Below the pieces are notes generated by a model, which saw nothing but the letters and a program-made list of their open reading frames with translations, did not search any database and was not told where the DNA came from. This document shows positions 1 to 10,852 of a stretch of 64,000 bases of DNA, piece after piece. The DNA comes from Prevotella sp. (GTDB lineage Bacteria > Bacteroidota > Bacteroidia > Bacteroidales > Dysgonomonadaceae), in assembly GCA_031285625.1 (NCBI GenBank), contig JAITVV010000095.1, positions 224,001 to 288,000 of the forward strand. The letters run 5' to 3'. The translations under genes and the position numbers were made by a program. The stretch's first letter is position 1. Each line of letters starts with the position of its first letter.

Positions 1-150
1 ATGAAAAACAATGGCAGTATAAAATTTCTTTTTCCCGAATTGTACTATAACCCGACTCCCCTCGTACACCGAATCAGTCAACCCGGCCGGAAGAGCATAA
101 GTGTAAAGTCCTTGTAACGGTAAAGGAAGTATTACATCTGCATACAGCAT
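1..150 (-). CDS. priA: Primosomal protein N' (5' end; runs off the window)
   Basis: Not in the ORF track. My translation from ATG at 150 is MLYADVILPLPLQGLYTYALP...GSRVIVQFGKKKFYTAIV, the typical PriA N-terminus. Confidence 0.9.
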   Translation of the reverse strand, partial: MLYADVILPLPLQGLYTYALPAGLTDSVYEGSRVIVQFGKKKFYTAIVFH

Positions 151-159
151 TATTATGTT

Positions 160-777
160 TTAGAAGAAATAGTTTACGCCAACTGTCCAGTATTGGTTTT
201 TCTTGTTTTGGAAAGTTTCGGCATCCATGTATTCGTAACTATAGTTATTGGTAAGGTCGCCACGGAAGTAAAGACCGACGTCAAGGTGCCTGAATACGTT
301 TATTCCGGCTCCGGCTCCAAGACCGAATATGAAATTTTTATGTTTGTAAGCGCTGATTACATCGCCTACATTATCGGCTCCCTCGTCACCCACTTTTACA
401 TTTCCATAAACGCCACCTGTGAAGAAGATACCAACCAAACCTAAGCTGATACGTTGCTTGATGTTAACAGGAACACTTATATAATTATAGTCGGAAAGAG
501 ATCCATCAGCTTGTTTGTCTTTCATCTTGTACTCCTTATGTCCGTATAGCACAGCAATATCTGCGCCAAAACCCGACATAGGTACTATAAACTCGGCTGT
601 AGGCCCAATCTGGAATCCAAGTTGATTACTGGCTTTAAATATGTCGGTATTAAGTTTTGTACTTGACACATCGATTCCTCCTCTAACCCCAAATCTGAAC
701 TGGGCAGAAGCTGTGCTTATATTTAGAATGCTTATTAACAATAAGCATGCAAATGATAGGGAAAATTTTGTTTTCAT
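160..777 (-). CDS. Outer-membrane beta-barrel (porin/PorT-like) protein
   Basis: Signal peptide, FGVRGG start, YISVPVN motif, C-terminal aromatic residue (VNYFF). Confidence 0.8.
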   Translation of the reverse strand: MKTKFSLSFACLLLISILNISTASAQFRFGVRGGIDVSSTKLNTDIFKASNQLGFQIGPTAEFIVPMSGFGADIAVLYGHKEYKMKDKQADGSLSDYNYISVPVNIKQRISLGLVGIFFTGGVYGNVKVGDEGADNVGDVISAYKHKNFIFGLGAGAGINVFRHLDVGLYFRGDLTNNYSYEYMDAETFQNKKNQYWTVGVNYFF

Positions 778-1247
778 AACGGGCGTATTTTATATTTTAT
801 TATAACAAAAAAGGGTGTGTTATGTTTATCCTGCAAAAGTAGCTATTTTTTATCAATAAAGCATTCTAAAACCCGGCTTTTTAAAAACTTGTTTTAATAT
901 TGATAATCAAATTGTTTTGTACAATTTATTATAACCAAAATTAAAGGCTTCTGCTCCTTATTACTTACAACGTTTAACATTAACAATTATTTTATGTAAA
1001 CTCACATTATAAGAAAAAATCTGTAAGAATAGTATTATCAGAACTATATTAAAACCGATTTATTCAATAATGCGTAGTTAAAGAACTGTCTGCATTATTC
1101 GAGAAAGCTCCTGAAATTATTTACGAAGTAGCGATCATAAAATAAGAGGCTTATTTTTTTAGCCTCTTTTTTAATGACCACCTGGTTTATAAGAATAATC
1201 CTCAATTATAAATATGAGGAAATAATAAGAATACAGATATTAATCTT

Positions 1248-1457
1248 TTATTCAGATTTCATCTGGTTATTTAGCCTTGTGCAATATTCGCGGGCAAATT
1301 CTTTTATATCTTCATCGTAACTACCGAATCCTTTCACGATGGAAGAAACTATAATGAGTCTGCGCTTGCGAATAACAATGACCCTATTGTCTTCAAATGA
1401 TAAATAATCCGGGTCGCAAGAGTATTCAATGGAAACAAAATATTTTTCCATAATCAA
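1248..1457 (-). CDS. Small hypothetical protein
   Basis: 69-aa ORF with a TATCTTTG -7 element upstream (1501-1508, minus strand). Confidence 0.45.
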   Translation of the reverse strand: MIMEKYFVSIEYSCDPDYLSFEDNRVIVIRKRRLIIVSSIVKGFGSYDEDIKEFAREYCTRLNNQMKSE

Positions 1458-1488
1458 TAAATAGTGAACTGGGTGTGAAGTGCTTTAT

Positions 1489-1522
1489 ATTGTCTTAATA
1501 CAAAGATAGTAATTAAGACAAT
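1489..1522. promoter_or_regulatory. 11-bp perfect inverted repeat flanking a -7 promoter element (operator candidate)
   Basis: ATTGTCTTAAT (1489-1499), a 12-nt spacer containing CAAAGATA, then ATTAAGACAAT (1512-1522). Confidence 0.5.
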
Positions 1523-1759
1523 TTAACGAATATATATGTATGTTAATATGACTTTTTATTTTATTTTTTAAGCATAAAACACTATATATCAAATAAATAA
1601 AATAATATTTTTTTATTTGATATGACTTTTGTTTAAGTAATTATGACATTTAAGGACTCTTCTAAAGCTAATATTTTAACGTTCTTTTTTTGAGATTAAA
1701 AGCATTCCAATGCTCCACCGGCTTCTATCAGCCAGTTTCAGGCATTAATCATTTTATTT

Positions 1760-2740
1760 TTACAGTTTTCCCACTATCATATCCATTACCCGGGCAGTCC
1801 GGGCAGCAGAAACTCCTGTTGACGGACAAGACCCAACTCCGCGCAATTCGTTTACAATAGTTTGAATTAAAGGTTGTTGTATATGCTCTGGCTGTTCAGG
1901 CTCAAAATACTCATTGCCTTTATCTGTAGATAGACAAATAGGGGTGAACGCAAATGTACTGAAACGGATAACCCCATTTGTTCCTGTTATAGTTATGGAG
2001 TCTTCGCGTGATTGCTCAGGAGCAACAAAGCACCACTCTCCTACCCCTGTTATCCCGGACTTGAACTGCCAGATAGCAGAAAGCGTGTCAGCAACCTCAT
2101 AAAATCCTCCCAGATTTTTACAATAGGCTTTAGCTTCCTCTATTTCGCCCAACAGCAAATCAAGTATATCGAGTGTATGAGGCGCCAAATCAAAGAAGTA
2201 ACCTTCTCCTGCTATATCACGTTTCAGACGCCATGTCTGCTTCTCTTTATCCTTATCGGAAGCACTGGCCGGACGATAGAAACGGACGTCTGCTGTCAAT
2301 AACTTTCCTATGGCATTATTATCCAACAATTCTTTCACCTTGAGAAAGTAAGGCAATGCACGGCGGTAATGTGCTACAAACAGCTTCTGATTTACCTCAT
2401 TTGCAACATCAATGATATCTTTACATTCGGCATAATCCATAGCCATTGGTTTTTCTACATATACCGGTTTACCTGCACGAAGCACCTTTATTGCGTATTC
2501 TTTATGCGACTGCGGAGGTGTAGCTACATAGACTGCACTTATATCGGGATCGTTGATCAACTGATCGGCATCTGTATAATATTTTTCCACAAGATGACGT
2601 TTTGCAAAATCTTTTGCTTTTTCTTCATCCCGACGCATCACAGCTATCAGAGCCGAATTTTCTATTTTGTAAAAGGCAGGCCCGCTTTTCTTTTCAGTTA
2701 CCGCACCTACTCCTATTATTCCCCATTTTATAGTTTCCAT
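1760..2740 (-). CDS. Gfo/Idh/MocA family oxidoreductase
   Basis: WGIIGVG Rossmann start, VYVATPP and VYVEKPMA motifs. Confidence 0.92.
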   Translation of the reverse strand: METIKWGIIGVGAVTEKKSGPAFYKIENSALIAVMRRDEEKAKDFAKRHLVEKYYTDADQLINDPDISAVYVATPPQSHKEYAIKVLRAGKPVYVEKPMAMDYAECKDIIDVANEVNQKLFVAHYRRALPYFLKVKELLDNNAIGKLLTADVRFYRPASASDKDKEKQTWRLKRDIAGEGYFFDLAPHTLDILDLLLGEIEEAKAYCKNLGGFYEVADTLSAIWQFKSGITGVGEWCFVAPEQSREDSITITGTNGVIRFSTFAFTPICLSTDKGNEYFEPEQPEHIQQPLIQTIVNELRGVGSCPSTGVSAARTARVMDMIVGKL

Positions 2741-2939
2741 ATATTTTTTTGTTTGTTAAAAAGTAACAAAAGTGACAGCTTTTCACCTATTTTTTTCTGT
2801 TACTTTTGCCTTTTTCTTTCCTATTGCCAACAAGAATGAAAAAGGTATAAATAAGATAATTATTCTATTTTAAAATAATCCGGGATGAACACCTACTAAA
2901 GTATAAACAATGAAAATAGTTGTTTGTTTATCATTACGT

Positions 2940-3701
2940 TTAACTAAAGAATGTTTCATTTTCCTTTCGGACGGCACACTTCGACTCAAATTTGCGGCGT
3001 ACAGCCCCATACACCAACCCCCTGAAATTTCTTGAGTGCTGCGGACAAACCGTAATACAACGCGCACACGATATGCATAATTCCTTATTTGTCTTTCTGG
3101 GGTGATCGGCAGAAATAGCGCCTACCGGACACAGCCGCACACAAGTACCACACTTATCGCAGCTTGAATTTCCCTTAGGAACAAGTGGTATAGGACCATG
3201 TTCCCTGTATGGGTAATTTCCTTTTACGTTCAATGGTTTTGGTTCTTCTTTTTCAAGGTATTTATCATAACATTTCTTCGCAAAACCGACTATCATTTCC
3301 TCATCTTCCTCATCAGGACGATTAACAGCAACCTTTGGGAAAATGGAATGACGCGCTATAAACGCACCTGCAGCAAAAGGAACGAATCCGTTCTCCTGGC
3401 ATATATTTCTCAGTTCGAGCAGTGCATCATCATAATCACGATTACCATATACATTTACTATCACAGCCGGAGTATTGTTTCCTTTTATCTTATGAAATGC
3501 TTCTGTAGCCAGTTTGGGTACACGCCCTGCGTACACAGGAACACCAAAAACAGCCAGATCACCTTCATCAATAGATAATGCCTCATCAAACCCCATTGTT
3601 ACATCTAGTTCTTCAAACGGGACATCCATACTTTTGCCTATAGCTCTCATGATCTTCCTTGTAGAAAGTGCCGGACTGAAATATATTAAATGTACTTTCA
3701 T
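2940..3701 (-). CDS. EFR1-type flavodoxin/4Fe-4S ferredoxin protein
   Basis: YFSP...PVYAGR flavodoxin-like N-terminus, YGNRDYDDALLEL, and two CxxCxxCxxxCP clusters. Confidence 0.88.
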   Translation of the reverse strand: MKVHLIYFSPALSTRKIMRAIGKSMDVPFEELDVTMGFDEALSIDEGDLAVFGVPVYAGRVPKLATEAFHKIKGNNTPAVIVNVYGNRDYDDALLELRNICQENGFVPFAAGAFIARHSIFPKVAVNRPDEEDEEMIVGFAKKCYDKYLEKEEPKPLNVKGNYPYREHGPIPLVPKGNSSCDKCGTCVRLCPVGAISADHPRKTNKELCISCARCITVCPQHSRNFRGLVYGAVRRKFESKCAVRKENETFFS

Positions 3702-3778
3702 ATTGTGTGTTTTTAGTTGATCTATAAAAGTACAAATAATTGATTATAAAATAAACCGAGGCTGTTCCAAAAGTAATG

Positions 3779-3892
3779 AAGTGCTACTCTCTTTGTCATT
3801 CTTCGTTACACTCAGAATCCCGACTCTTCTATCCTTGATAAATGGGTCGAGATGTTTCACTTCGTTCAACATGACAAAAGAGAGTAGTACTT
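3779..3892. repeat. REP-like palindromic element, copy 1
   Basis: TTTGTCAT...ATGACAAA ends within a longer stem. It is the reverse complement of the copies at 18760 and 23593 (shared core CCCATTTATCAAGGA). Confidence 0.8.
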
Positions 3893-3970
3893 GACAACTC
3901 TTAATGAAACGGAGTGGAATATCCCTGATTTAAATCAGATACTCCACTCCGCTCAGTATAATAATTTCTT

Positions 3971-5770
3971 TTAGAACTTAAGGCTTACCCCTCCAAGGAA
4001 GTTGAATCCCTGTAACGGATAACCGTAAACAAGTTCATATTTTTGGAAAAGGATATTATTCAGACGTGCATTGATGGATATCCAGTCTGTAAGCTGATAT
4101 TCACCTCTGAAATTCAGTTCATTGATATCTTTCATATTCACTGAATTATTTGTAATGCCGACAGTTTTGCGTCCACCTGCATACATATAGTTCAACGATA
4201 CCAACAGGGCGCCGAAAGGCCTTACATCTGCGTTTAACTCTGCAGTAAATGAAGGACGTCCCCATGCTTTAGCTTCCGGTAATACATCCGAATCTATTAC
4301 CTCTACATATGGATCATGATATTTCACATCATAAAAATATCCAGTGATCTTAGCCGACAGATCGGTATATGGTATCAGGTTCGTTTTCAGCAATCCGCCT
4401 ACATGACCTGTAGAGACATTTGCATAAACCGGACTGGCCAGATTTCCCCATCCTGCATCAGTAGAGGTATAACTGGATGAATATACATACAGGTGGTCTC
4501 TGCGTGTATGCTTATATCCGGCAAACAAGTCAAACTCCAAACCACTGACAACTCCTGAACGGAATCCTATTTTAGCATCGTAGTATGTTTTGGAATATTC
4601 TACACGGGTAGCAGGATTCACATACCTGTTCTCCTGTAATATGTCAAGGAATGTATTGTCGTTAACTCCTCCCCCAACTTCCGCATAGAAAGTATTTACT
4701 TCATTTACCTTTACACTGGCTTTTACATTCGGGGATACGGCAAAAGCGGTTTTCACATCAAACAATGCGCTCACATTGACACCCAGGTCGGCATTCCAGC
4801 TATCTCCCTGAAACTTGATATATGGCGTACCTGTAATGTTAGTGTATCCATGATGTGCATTTTCAATATAATCGGTTTTATCACTAAAAGACTGGTTCAG
4901 GATCATACCTTTGATACCCACAGTCTGATCTGCACCAAACTCAGTATAAAGATTTAGGTCGGCATTGATAATACCACCCTTTACGCCATCATCTTCTTTT
5001 TGCAATCCATATTTATTTGTAAAATAATTATAGCCTACATTCCCATCATACTTGATAGCCCCTTCGTTCTTATCACTGGACTTTAAGCCCACTCCTATTT
5101 TGAAAACATTTACACCCTGCTTTGAATCCACATCATAAGGAAACGAGATTGATGATGTATTCGGAATAAAACTATTTCCGTAATAATTGTAAGCCGTATT
5201 GTAGAACGATGCCCCTAGTGATAATACAGAAGGATCGAACGTATGCTGGTATCTCAGGTTGGCTCCGATATGTGAATATTTAGCTTTCACATCACTCATT
5301 GCATAGTCCTTCCCATCAATATAATCTACGGTGCTGTTTGTTCCGCTATATGTGCCAAAGAAATCGAGACGGTCGCGATCTCGGTTTACAAGCCTGTATC
5401 CAAGGGCAGCATCGATATTTCCGGAAGTTCCCACACCGAACAGTGCATAACCACGCTTTTTATCAAAGTCTACATCGGTCTTTATATCTCCCGATTCGGA
5501 AGCTCCCAGTTTATTATTATCAAGTACTATCTGAGGGGTAGTACTCACAAACTTAATATTTCTCGGTTTGATCAATGGAGAGTATATCTCAGGCATTGTA
5601 TTTACCTTCAATGCATCCTGCATTGTAGGCACATAGTCACGTTCGAGCATTACCTGTCGTGTGATAGTAGAATCTTTCTGGGCCGAAGCTGTCAGGCTCA
5701 CAACACCTAGTCCTATGACCAAAATTGATTTATATATTGTTTTCATATCTTTCATTTTCGATTTGTTCAT
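3971..5770 (-). CDS. Outer-membrane beta-barrel protein (TonB-dependent-receptor-like)
   Basis: Signal peptide, amphipathic beta-strands, LNNIL motif and GVSLKF C-terminus. Coupled to the upstream TPR gene. Confidence 0.75.
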   Translation of the reverse strand: MNKSKMKDMKTIYKSILVIGLGVVSLTASAQKDSTITRQVMLERDYVPTMQDALKVNTMPEIYSPLIKPRNIKFVSTTPQIVLDNNKLGASESGDIKTDVDFDKKRGYALFGVGTSGNIDAALGYRLVNRDRDRLDFFGTYSGTNSTVDYIDGKDYAMSDVKAKYSHIGANLRYQHTFDPSVLSLGASFYNTAYNYYGNSFIPNTSSISFPYDVDSKQGVNVFKIGVGLKSSDKNEGAIKYDGNVGYNYFTNKYGLQKEDDGVKGGIINADLNLYTEFGADQTVGIKGMILNQSFSDKTDYIENAHHGYTNITGTPYIKFQGDSWNADLGVNVSALFDVKTAFAVSPNVKASVKVNEVNTFYAEVGGGVNDNTFLDILQENRYVNPATRVEYSKTYYDAKIGFRSGVVSGLEFDLFAGYKHTRRDHLYVYSSSYTSTDAGWGNLASPVYANVSTGHVGGLLKTNLIPYTDLSAKITGYFYDVKYHDPYVEVIDSDVLPEAKAWGRPSFTAELNADVRPFGALLVSLNYMYAGGRKTVGITNNSVNMKDINELNFRGEYQLTDWISINARLNNILFQKYELVYGYPLQGFNFLGGVSLKF

Positions 5771-5773
5771 AAG

Positions 5774-8773
5774 TTATTTTAAAGCTGACATGCGTTCGTT
5801 AATCATTGATGTTATATCGGCTTCGCCTCCTTTATAGTTTGCCTGCAAGCTTTCGAGATACTGGCGTGCAGAGAACTTATCACCTTTGGCTGCATATGTG
5901 TCAGATAGTACAATTACTGCACGTGCCATCCAGTACTGATGCGGTGTACCTTCTTTCATAAAGCTAAGCACTTGTTTTTCGGCTTTGTCATATGATTTCC
6001 ACTTGTAATACATATCAGCAAGTAAGAACTGAGATTCTGCACCGAATGCACTACGTGTATCTTTTGCCACTACCTGCAGGTCTGCGGCTGCTTCATCCAC
6101 TTTTTTCAGGTTCATATACGACTGTCCTCTATAGAAGCGGGCTTCATTAGCTACAGCAGCAGGAACTTTAGCTCCCTGTAATATTTTAGTTGCAGCGGAT
6201 ACTACATCGTTATCTTTCTTCATCAGGTAAGCACAACGCAACATTCCCAATTGAGCAATGTCTTTGTTCTCGCTGTTAGATGCCACATCGTTGAGCTGCT
6301 CGTAAGCTGTATATGCTGCCTGATAGTTCTTATTGTCAAACTCGATACCCGAAGCAAATACAAGAGCATTGTCCAGATATTTCGGATTGTTAGAGCTTAT
6401 CACTTCTTTGAAGTTTTTCAAAGCCGTATTGAAATCTTTTGCTTCGAATGCCATACTTCCCAGATAGAAATTAGCATCGCTGGCAAATACGCCATGAGGG
6501 TAAGATTGCAGATATTTGTTGAAAGCAGTCTTAGATTCTTCTTTACGTCCTTTCATATATACATTTTCGGCAGCCAGATATGTAAGTGAATCCTGACGGC
6601 TAGAGGAAAGTATAGTTCCACGACCCAGTGAATTTACATATGATGCATACGAACCTATATCATTCATATCCTTATATACACCCTCCATACTCTGGATAGC
6701 TGTACGTGCCTCTTCCGAGTTGGGATAGTTTGCTACTACCTGCTTGTAAGCTTCGATAGATTTGCGAGGATTGTTTGTATTGAAATATAACTGTCCCAGT
6801 TGCACCCCTGCTTTTTGAGAAAGAGTGGATTTAGGATGGTCTCTCATTAGTTCCTCCAAAACAGTAATTGCTTCTTGCTCCTTGTTCAGCATTACCAATG
6901 CACGGCTCTTTTCATAGAGAGCATCGTCGTAATATTCTGAGTTAGGATACTTAGACATCATCGTGTTCAATGCATTCACTTTTCCGTTATAGTTGCGCTG
7001 AAGACCAAGTACAAAGGCTTTCTGGAATTCCGAATAATCGGCGCTTCCCGGATTAGCCGATACTGCCTGTGCATAGTATCTTTCTGCTTCGGAGAAGCTA
7101 CGGTTAAACAGGTAAATATCACCGATACGGTTTAGAGCATCGGTATAATTTGGAGACTGACGGTCTTTTTCGGCAGAAACATATTTCTTAAAATTATTCA
7201 ATGCATTGCTGTATTCCTTAGTCTGGAAGTTAGCATATGCCAGATTGTATAATGCCAGTGCATAGTTCTTTTGGGAAGAAGATGCCTGCGACACATATGT
7301 GGAATAATCGCGGGCTGCTGTGCGATAGTCGGCACTGCGGTATGCGATATCGCCACGCCAGAAATACGACTCGTTGCGAACCTCCGGATTGTAGCTACCC
7401 ATATTGATAGTCGCATTGAAATCATTTGCTGCCAGATCGTATTTTTTATCAATGAAGTTTTGTACTCCCGACTGGAACAAGATCACCTGTTTGGCTTCCA
7501 GTATCTGACGATCGGGGTTCTTTATACTATTTATAGCTGCCAGAGCAGTATTGTAATTCTTAGTAGAGAGCAATGTAGAAGCTAAAGCCCCGCTTACGTC
7601 TGCGGTATATTTTGAGTTAGGATATTGAGATAGGAAATGCTGCGAAGCCGTGATAGCCTCACCAAATGCAGAACCTCCATCCCTGTTGCGTATCATCACA
7701 TAGTTATATAATGCTTCTTCGCTGATAGAACGGTCGAAATCGGAACGTGCAGCAGCGTCGAATGCCATCACCGCATTTTGTGTATCGTTCAGCTTCAAGT
7801 AGGATTGCCCCAGTAGCATCTGTCCTGCCTGTCCCAGTTTATCAGTAGTGGATGCAACATTTTTCAGCGCATCTACAGCCTTGCCATATGATCCTGTCTG
7901 ATAGTACGCTTCAGCCAGTTGGTACATATCGTCGCGGAAAGGAGTTGCTGTGGTATTCTCGTAATATCTCTCATAATTGCTGATAGCACTGGATATATTA
8001 CCCTGACGGTAATAAGTGCTACCCAACAGGCGATATACCTCGCTTGTATTTTTACTGTTGGGATATGATGATATAAAGCTTTGTCCTTCCGAGATTGTAT
8101 TATTCAGGTCACCTTTGAGGAAGGTACTTTGTATAAGGAAGAAAGTCGCATTCTCCTTATACTCCGGTCTGCTCTTCAAACGGTTGAAAGTAGAGATTGC
8201 CTGATCATATTCTCCATCCTGAAAGTTAGCATAAGCCAGGTAATAAGAAGCTGGATCTGAGTATTTTTTACTATTGCGGCTCAGCAGGCCGAAAAGGTTT
8301 TTAGCCTCAGCACGGTTTCCACCCTGTAGGCTGGCATAAGCCATACGATAACTATAATCTTCTTGTTCGTTTACATTCAGGTAATCTACATCCGACTGGG
8401 AGAACCAATGCAAAGCCTTATTCCATTCTTTGGCATTGAAGTGTGTGGTTCCTATAAAGAAAGCAATCTGATTGCGGTGATAACTTTCGGGATAGTCGTC
8501 CAAAAACTCTTTGAGGATGGTGCCATCACCGGCTTTTCCCTGATAAAACAAGGAGCTGACAATCATATACTCAGCTTCTTCTATGAGCTTATTGTCTTTC
8601 GACTGGTTCTTAAACTCTTGTAGTGTATTTATACAACCTACATAATTATTGTCCAGAAACATTTCCTTTCCTTGCGAAAAAAGCCTGCCGGGCAACTCCG
8701 TATAAGCGGATTTTTGCGCGTAGGCTAATTGCAATCCTGAGGCAAGCGCCAGAGCTAAGAATAGTTTTTTCAT
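5774..8773 (-). CDS. Large tetratricopeptide-repeat protein
   Basis: Signal peptide followed by many TPR units (YYLAYANF, AYYQTGSY, YP.S motifs). Confidence 0.9.
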   Translation of the reverse strand: MKKLFLALALASGLQLAYAQKSAYTELPGRLFSQGKEMFLDNNYVGCINTLQEFKNQSKDNKLIEEAEYMIVSSLFYQGKAGDGTILKEFLDDYPESYHRNQIAFFIGTTHFNAKEWNKALHWFSQSDVDYLNVNEQEDYSYRMAYASLQGGNRAEAKNLFGLLSRNSKKYSDPASYYLAYANFQDGEYDQAISTFNRLKSRPEYKENATFFLIQSTFLKGDLNNTISEGQSFISSYPNSKNTSEVYRLLGSTYYRQGNISSAISNYERYYENTTATPFRDDMYQLAEAYYQTGSYGKAVDALKNVASTTDKLGQAGQMLLGQSYLKLNDTQNAVMAFDAAARSDFDRSISEEALYNYVMIRNRDGGSAFGEAITASQHFLSQYPNSKYTADVSGALASTLLSTKNYNTALAAINSIKNPDRQILEAKQVILFQSGVQNFIDKKYDLAANDFNATINMGSYNPEVRNESYFWRGDIAYRSADYRTAARDYSTYVSQASSSQKNYALALYNLAYANFQTKEYSNALNNFKKYVSAEKDRQSPNYTDALNRIGDIYLFNRSFSEAERYYAQAVSANPGSADYSEFQKAFVLGLQRNYNGKVNALNTMMSKYPNSEYYDDALYEKSRALVMLNKEQEAITVLEELMRDHPKSTLSQKAGVQLGQLYFNTNNPRKSIEAYKQVVANYPNSEEARTAIQSMEGVYKDMNDIGSYASYVNSLGRGTILSSSRQDSLTYLAAENVYMKGRKEESKTAFNKYLQSYPHGVFASDANFYLGSMAFEAKDFNTALKNFKEVISSNNPKYLDNALVFASGIEFDNKNYQAAYTAYEQLNDVASNSENKDIAQLGMLRCAYLMKKDNDVVSAATKILQGAKVPAAVANEARFYRGQSYMNLKKVDEAAADLQVVAKDTRSAFGAESQFLLADMYYKWKSYDKAEKQVLSFMKEGTPHQYWMARAVIVLSDTYAAKGDKFSARQYLESLQANYKGGEADITSMINERMSALK

Positions 8774-8818
8774 ATATAAATAATTTTGTTTCAGTACATT
8801 TGTAACCTTAGTTATGAC

Positions 8819-9352
8819 TTATAATAAGCTTACAAGATTCATTTCCTTTACTTCTTTTATAACTTCCTTTACTGATAGCAAACCGAACAAATCGGGGTTC
8901 AGTTCATTTATTTTTATGAATTGCAGCTTAGCGACATCGTCCTCAGCCTGCAAGTTTTGGGTATTTTCTACTTTACATAAATAAACCAAATCAAGTGTAT
9001 GTACTTCAAAGCCTGAATACACATAGCGGTTCGGTATCGAAAACAGATATCTTACATCCAGAACATCGAGATGTGTCTCTTCTTTTACTTCCCTTATAAC
9101 TGCTTCTTCGCCCGTTTCGTCCAGATCGACAAAACCTCCCGGAAGATCGAGTGTCCCTTTCGAAGGTTCATGGGCACGCGTAGCCACAAGTAACTCTTTA
9201 TCCTCGTTGATGATAAGTGCGATGGTAGAAGAGCTGGAATTGAAATAGTAAACAAAACCGCAATTTTCACATTTTTTCGACTTGAAATTATTCTCTACAA
9301 AACGCTCCGATCCGCACTTCGGACAAAATTTGAACTGGGCTAAAGGATGCAT
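8819..9352 (-). CDS. NUDIX hydrolase with N-terminal zinc ribbon
   Basis: FCPKCG...CENCG and Nudix box GGFVDLDETGEEAVIREVKEET. Confidence 0.9.
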   Translation of the reverse strand: MHPLAQFKFCPKCGSERFVENNFKSKKCENCGFVYYFNSSSSTIALIINEDKELLVATRAHEPSKGTLDLPGGFVDLDETGEEAVIREVKEETHLDVLDVRYLFSIPNRYVYSGFEVHTLDLVYLCKVENTQNLQAEDDVAKLQFIKINELNPDLFGLLSVKEVIKEVKEMNLVSLL

Positions 9353-9363
9353 ATTTTTTTAAG

Positions 9364-9391
9364 TTATGAATTATGAGTTATAAGTTTTAAG
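9364..9391. repeat. Degenerate heptamer tandem repeat
   Basis: TTATGAA TTATGAG TTATAAG TTTTAAG. Confidence 0.5.
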
Positions 9392-9407
9392 AATAACGAC
9401 TTACTTT

Positions 9408-9992
9408 CTACTTATCACTCTTTACTTTATTATATTCTTCAGCTACAAGACTTAGCTCCTTATACCAGTCTTCACCAAAACGGCGAACTAATGGTTCTTT
9501 CAGAAACTGATATATCTTCAATCCTTCTTTATTACCCAACAATACGGCAGCCTTGCACACTCTCCAGCGATGATAATTCACAGCTGTAAAGTCTCTGTAC
9601 TTTTGCAATCGTATGGGATATAAGTGGCAAGATATAGGTTTGTAAAAATCTACTCTGCCTTCGCGGTAAGCCTTCTCGATGGCACATTTACAGATGCCTT
9701 TATCATCATAATAGGTAAACACACAGTCTTTACCATTGACGATAGAGGTTACCATATCTCCATCGGTATCTTTATAGGCTACACCTTGTTCTTTGATTAC
9801 TGTCTGGGCAGCGGGGGAAAGATCGTCCCAAACCTGTGGTAACAGGTCTTCTATTATTTTGACTTCCTCATCTTCAAGGGGTGCTCCCGAATCTCCTTCT
9901 ACGCAGCATTCTCCCTTACATACAGACAGATCGCACAAAAAGTTCTCTTCTATTATATCAGATGCGACTACTGTATCATTTATCTGAAACAT
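9408..9992 (-). CDS. DUF3109 family protein
   Basis: FLCDLSVCKGECCVEGDSGAPL and KPISCHLYPIR motifs. Confidence 0.85.
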   Translation of the reverse strand: MFQINDTVVASDIIEENFLCDLSVCKGECCVEGDSGAPLEDEEVKIIEDLLPQVWDDLSPAAQTVIKEQGVAYKDTDGDMVTSIVNGKDCVFTYYDDKGICKCAIEKAYREGRVDFYKPISCHLYPIRLQKYRDFTAVNYHRWRVCKAAVLLGNKEGLKIYQFLKEPLVRRFGEDWYKELSLVAEEYNKVKSDK

Positions 9993-10198
9993 CTATATTA
10001 TCTGCAGTTTAATTATAATTACCTAACCAAGGTTCAAAGGTAATTGTTTTTATAACAGCTTACAATCTGTAAAACTTCTATTTGTCAAAAAAACAAGCTT
10101 TCTTTAACACTATTTGATTAAATAAATGAATCTATTTGTCTGATGTCAGAAATTCTCTTATTTTTGCACTGATTTTATTGGAAGCCTCAATAAAATAT

Positions 10199-10270
10199 GG
10201 CGCGATAGTTCAATGGATAGAATAGAAGTTTCCTAAACTTTAGATCCGGGTTCGATTCCCGGTCGTGCTA
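10199..10270 (+). tRNA. tRNA-Arg (anticodon CCT)
   Basis: Cloverleaf: acceptor GGCGCGA/TCGTGCT, anticodon arm GAAGT-TTCCTAA-ACTTT, T-loop GGTTCGATTCC. TATTTTTG promoter upstream and hairpin AAAGACC..GGTCTTT downstream. Confidence 0.95.
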
Positions 10271-10351
10271 CGAAAGACCTGCTGATAGTGGGTCTTTGTT
10301 ATTTTTGTAGAAAATGTTTACCTTAATCATTACAATATCAAAAAAGGCCTC

Positions 10352-10852
10352 TTACTCAGAGGCCTTTTTTCTTGATTTATCTTGGCGGATTTTCTTTGTT
10401 TTTTTCGTACCTGTTCTCTCTTCATCAAAACTAGCTATCTTTTTTCTCAAAAGATCACTAACATCAATAGCGGGAAAATCATATTTACCATAAAAGTGAT
10501 AAGAGGTTACATTTGCTATATAACTCCTTAAATTCGTAATACAAATACTCACTCCTGAATTTAATATAAATTCTTTTTTTTCATCTGTTTCCAATTCTTT
10601 TGAAAAACTAAATATCGCAGTAGCTTCAATATCAATAACATATCCTGGTTTTTTTTCTAAATTCTGAACCAAAGAAATTGTAATAAGATGACTTGTGTAT
10701 TCAGAATTATGATACACATCAAAATCTATATTAATAGGATACTCATTTTGAATTTCTCTTAATGATCTATCTTCGTTAACAGTTGAATGTTCAATATAAG
10801 AACTTCTTATAGAAAAATCATCCAAAACTAATACTGAATTTAGTGCTTCCAT
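10352..10852 (-). CDS. SecB-like chaperone (TAC chaperone)
   Basis: Beta-rich N-half, then YVIDIEATAIFSF...NSGVSICITNLRSYIANVTS..GKYDFPAIDV, matching the SecB C-terminal pattern. Start overlaps the stop of the HTH gene. Confidence 0.75.
   Translation of the reverse strand: MEALNSVLVLDDFSIRSSYIEHSTVNEDRSLREIQNEYPINIDFDVYHNSEYTSHLITISLVQNLEKKPGYVIDIEATAIFSFSKELETDEKKEFILNSGVSICITNLRSYIANVTSYHFYGKYDFPAIDVSDLLRKKIASFDEERTGTKKTKKIRQDKSRKKASE

Noticed and set aside
3853-3872. TGTTTCAC / GTGAAACA as parS sites (also at ~18778)
   Set aside because: Only half of the TGTTTCACGTGAAACA palindrome is present, and it is part of the REP-like element.
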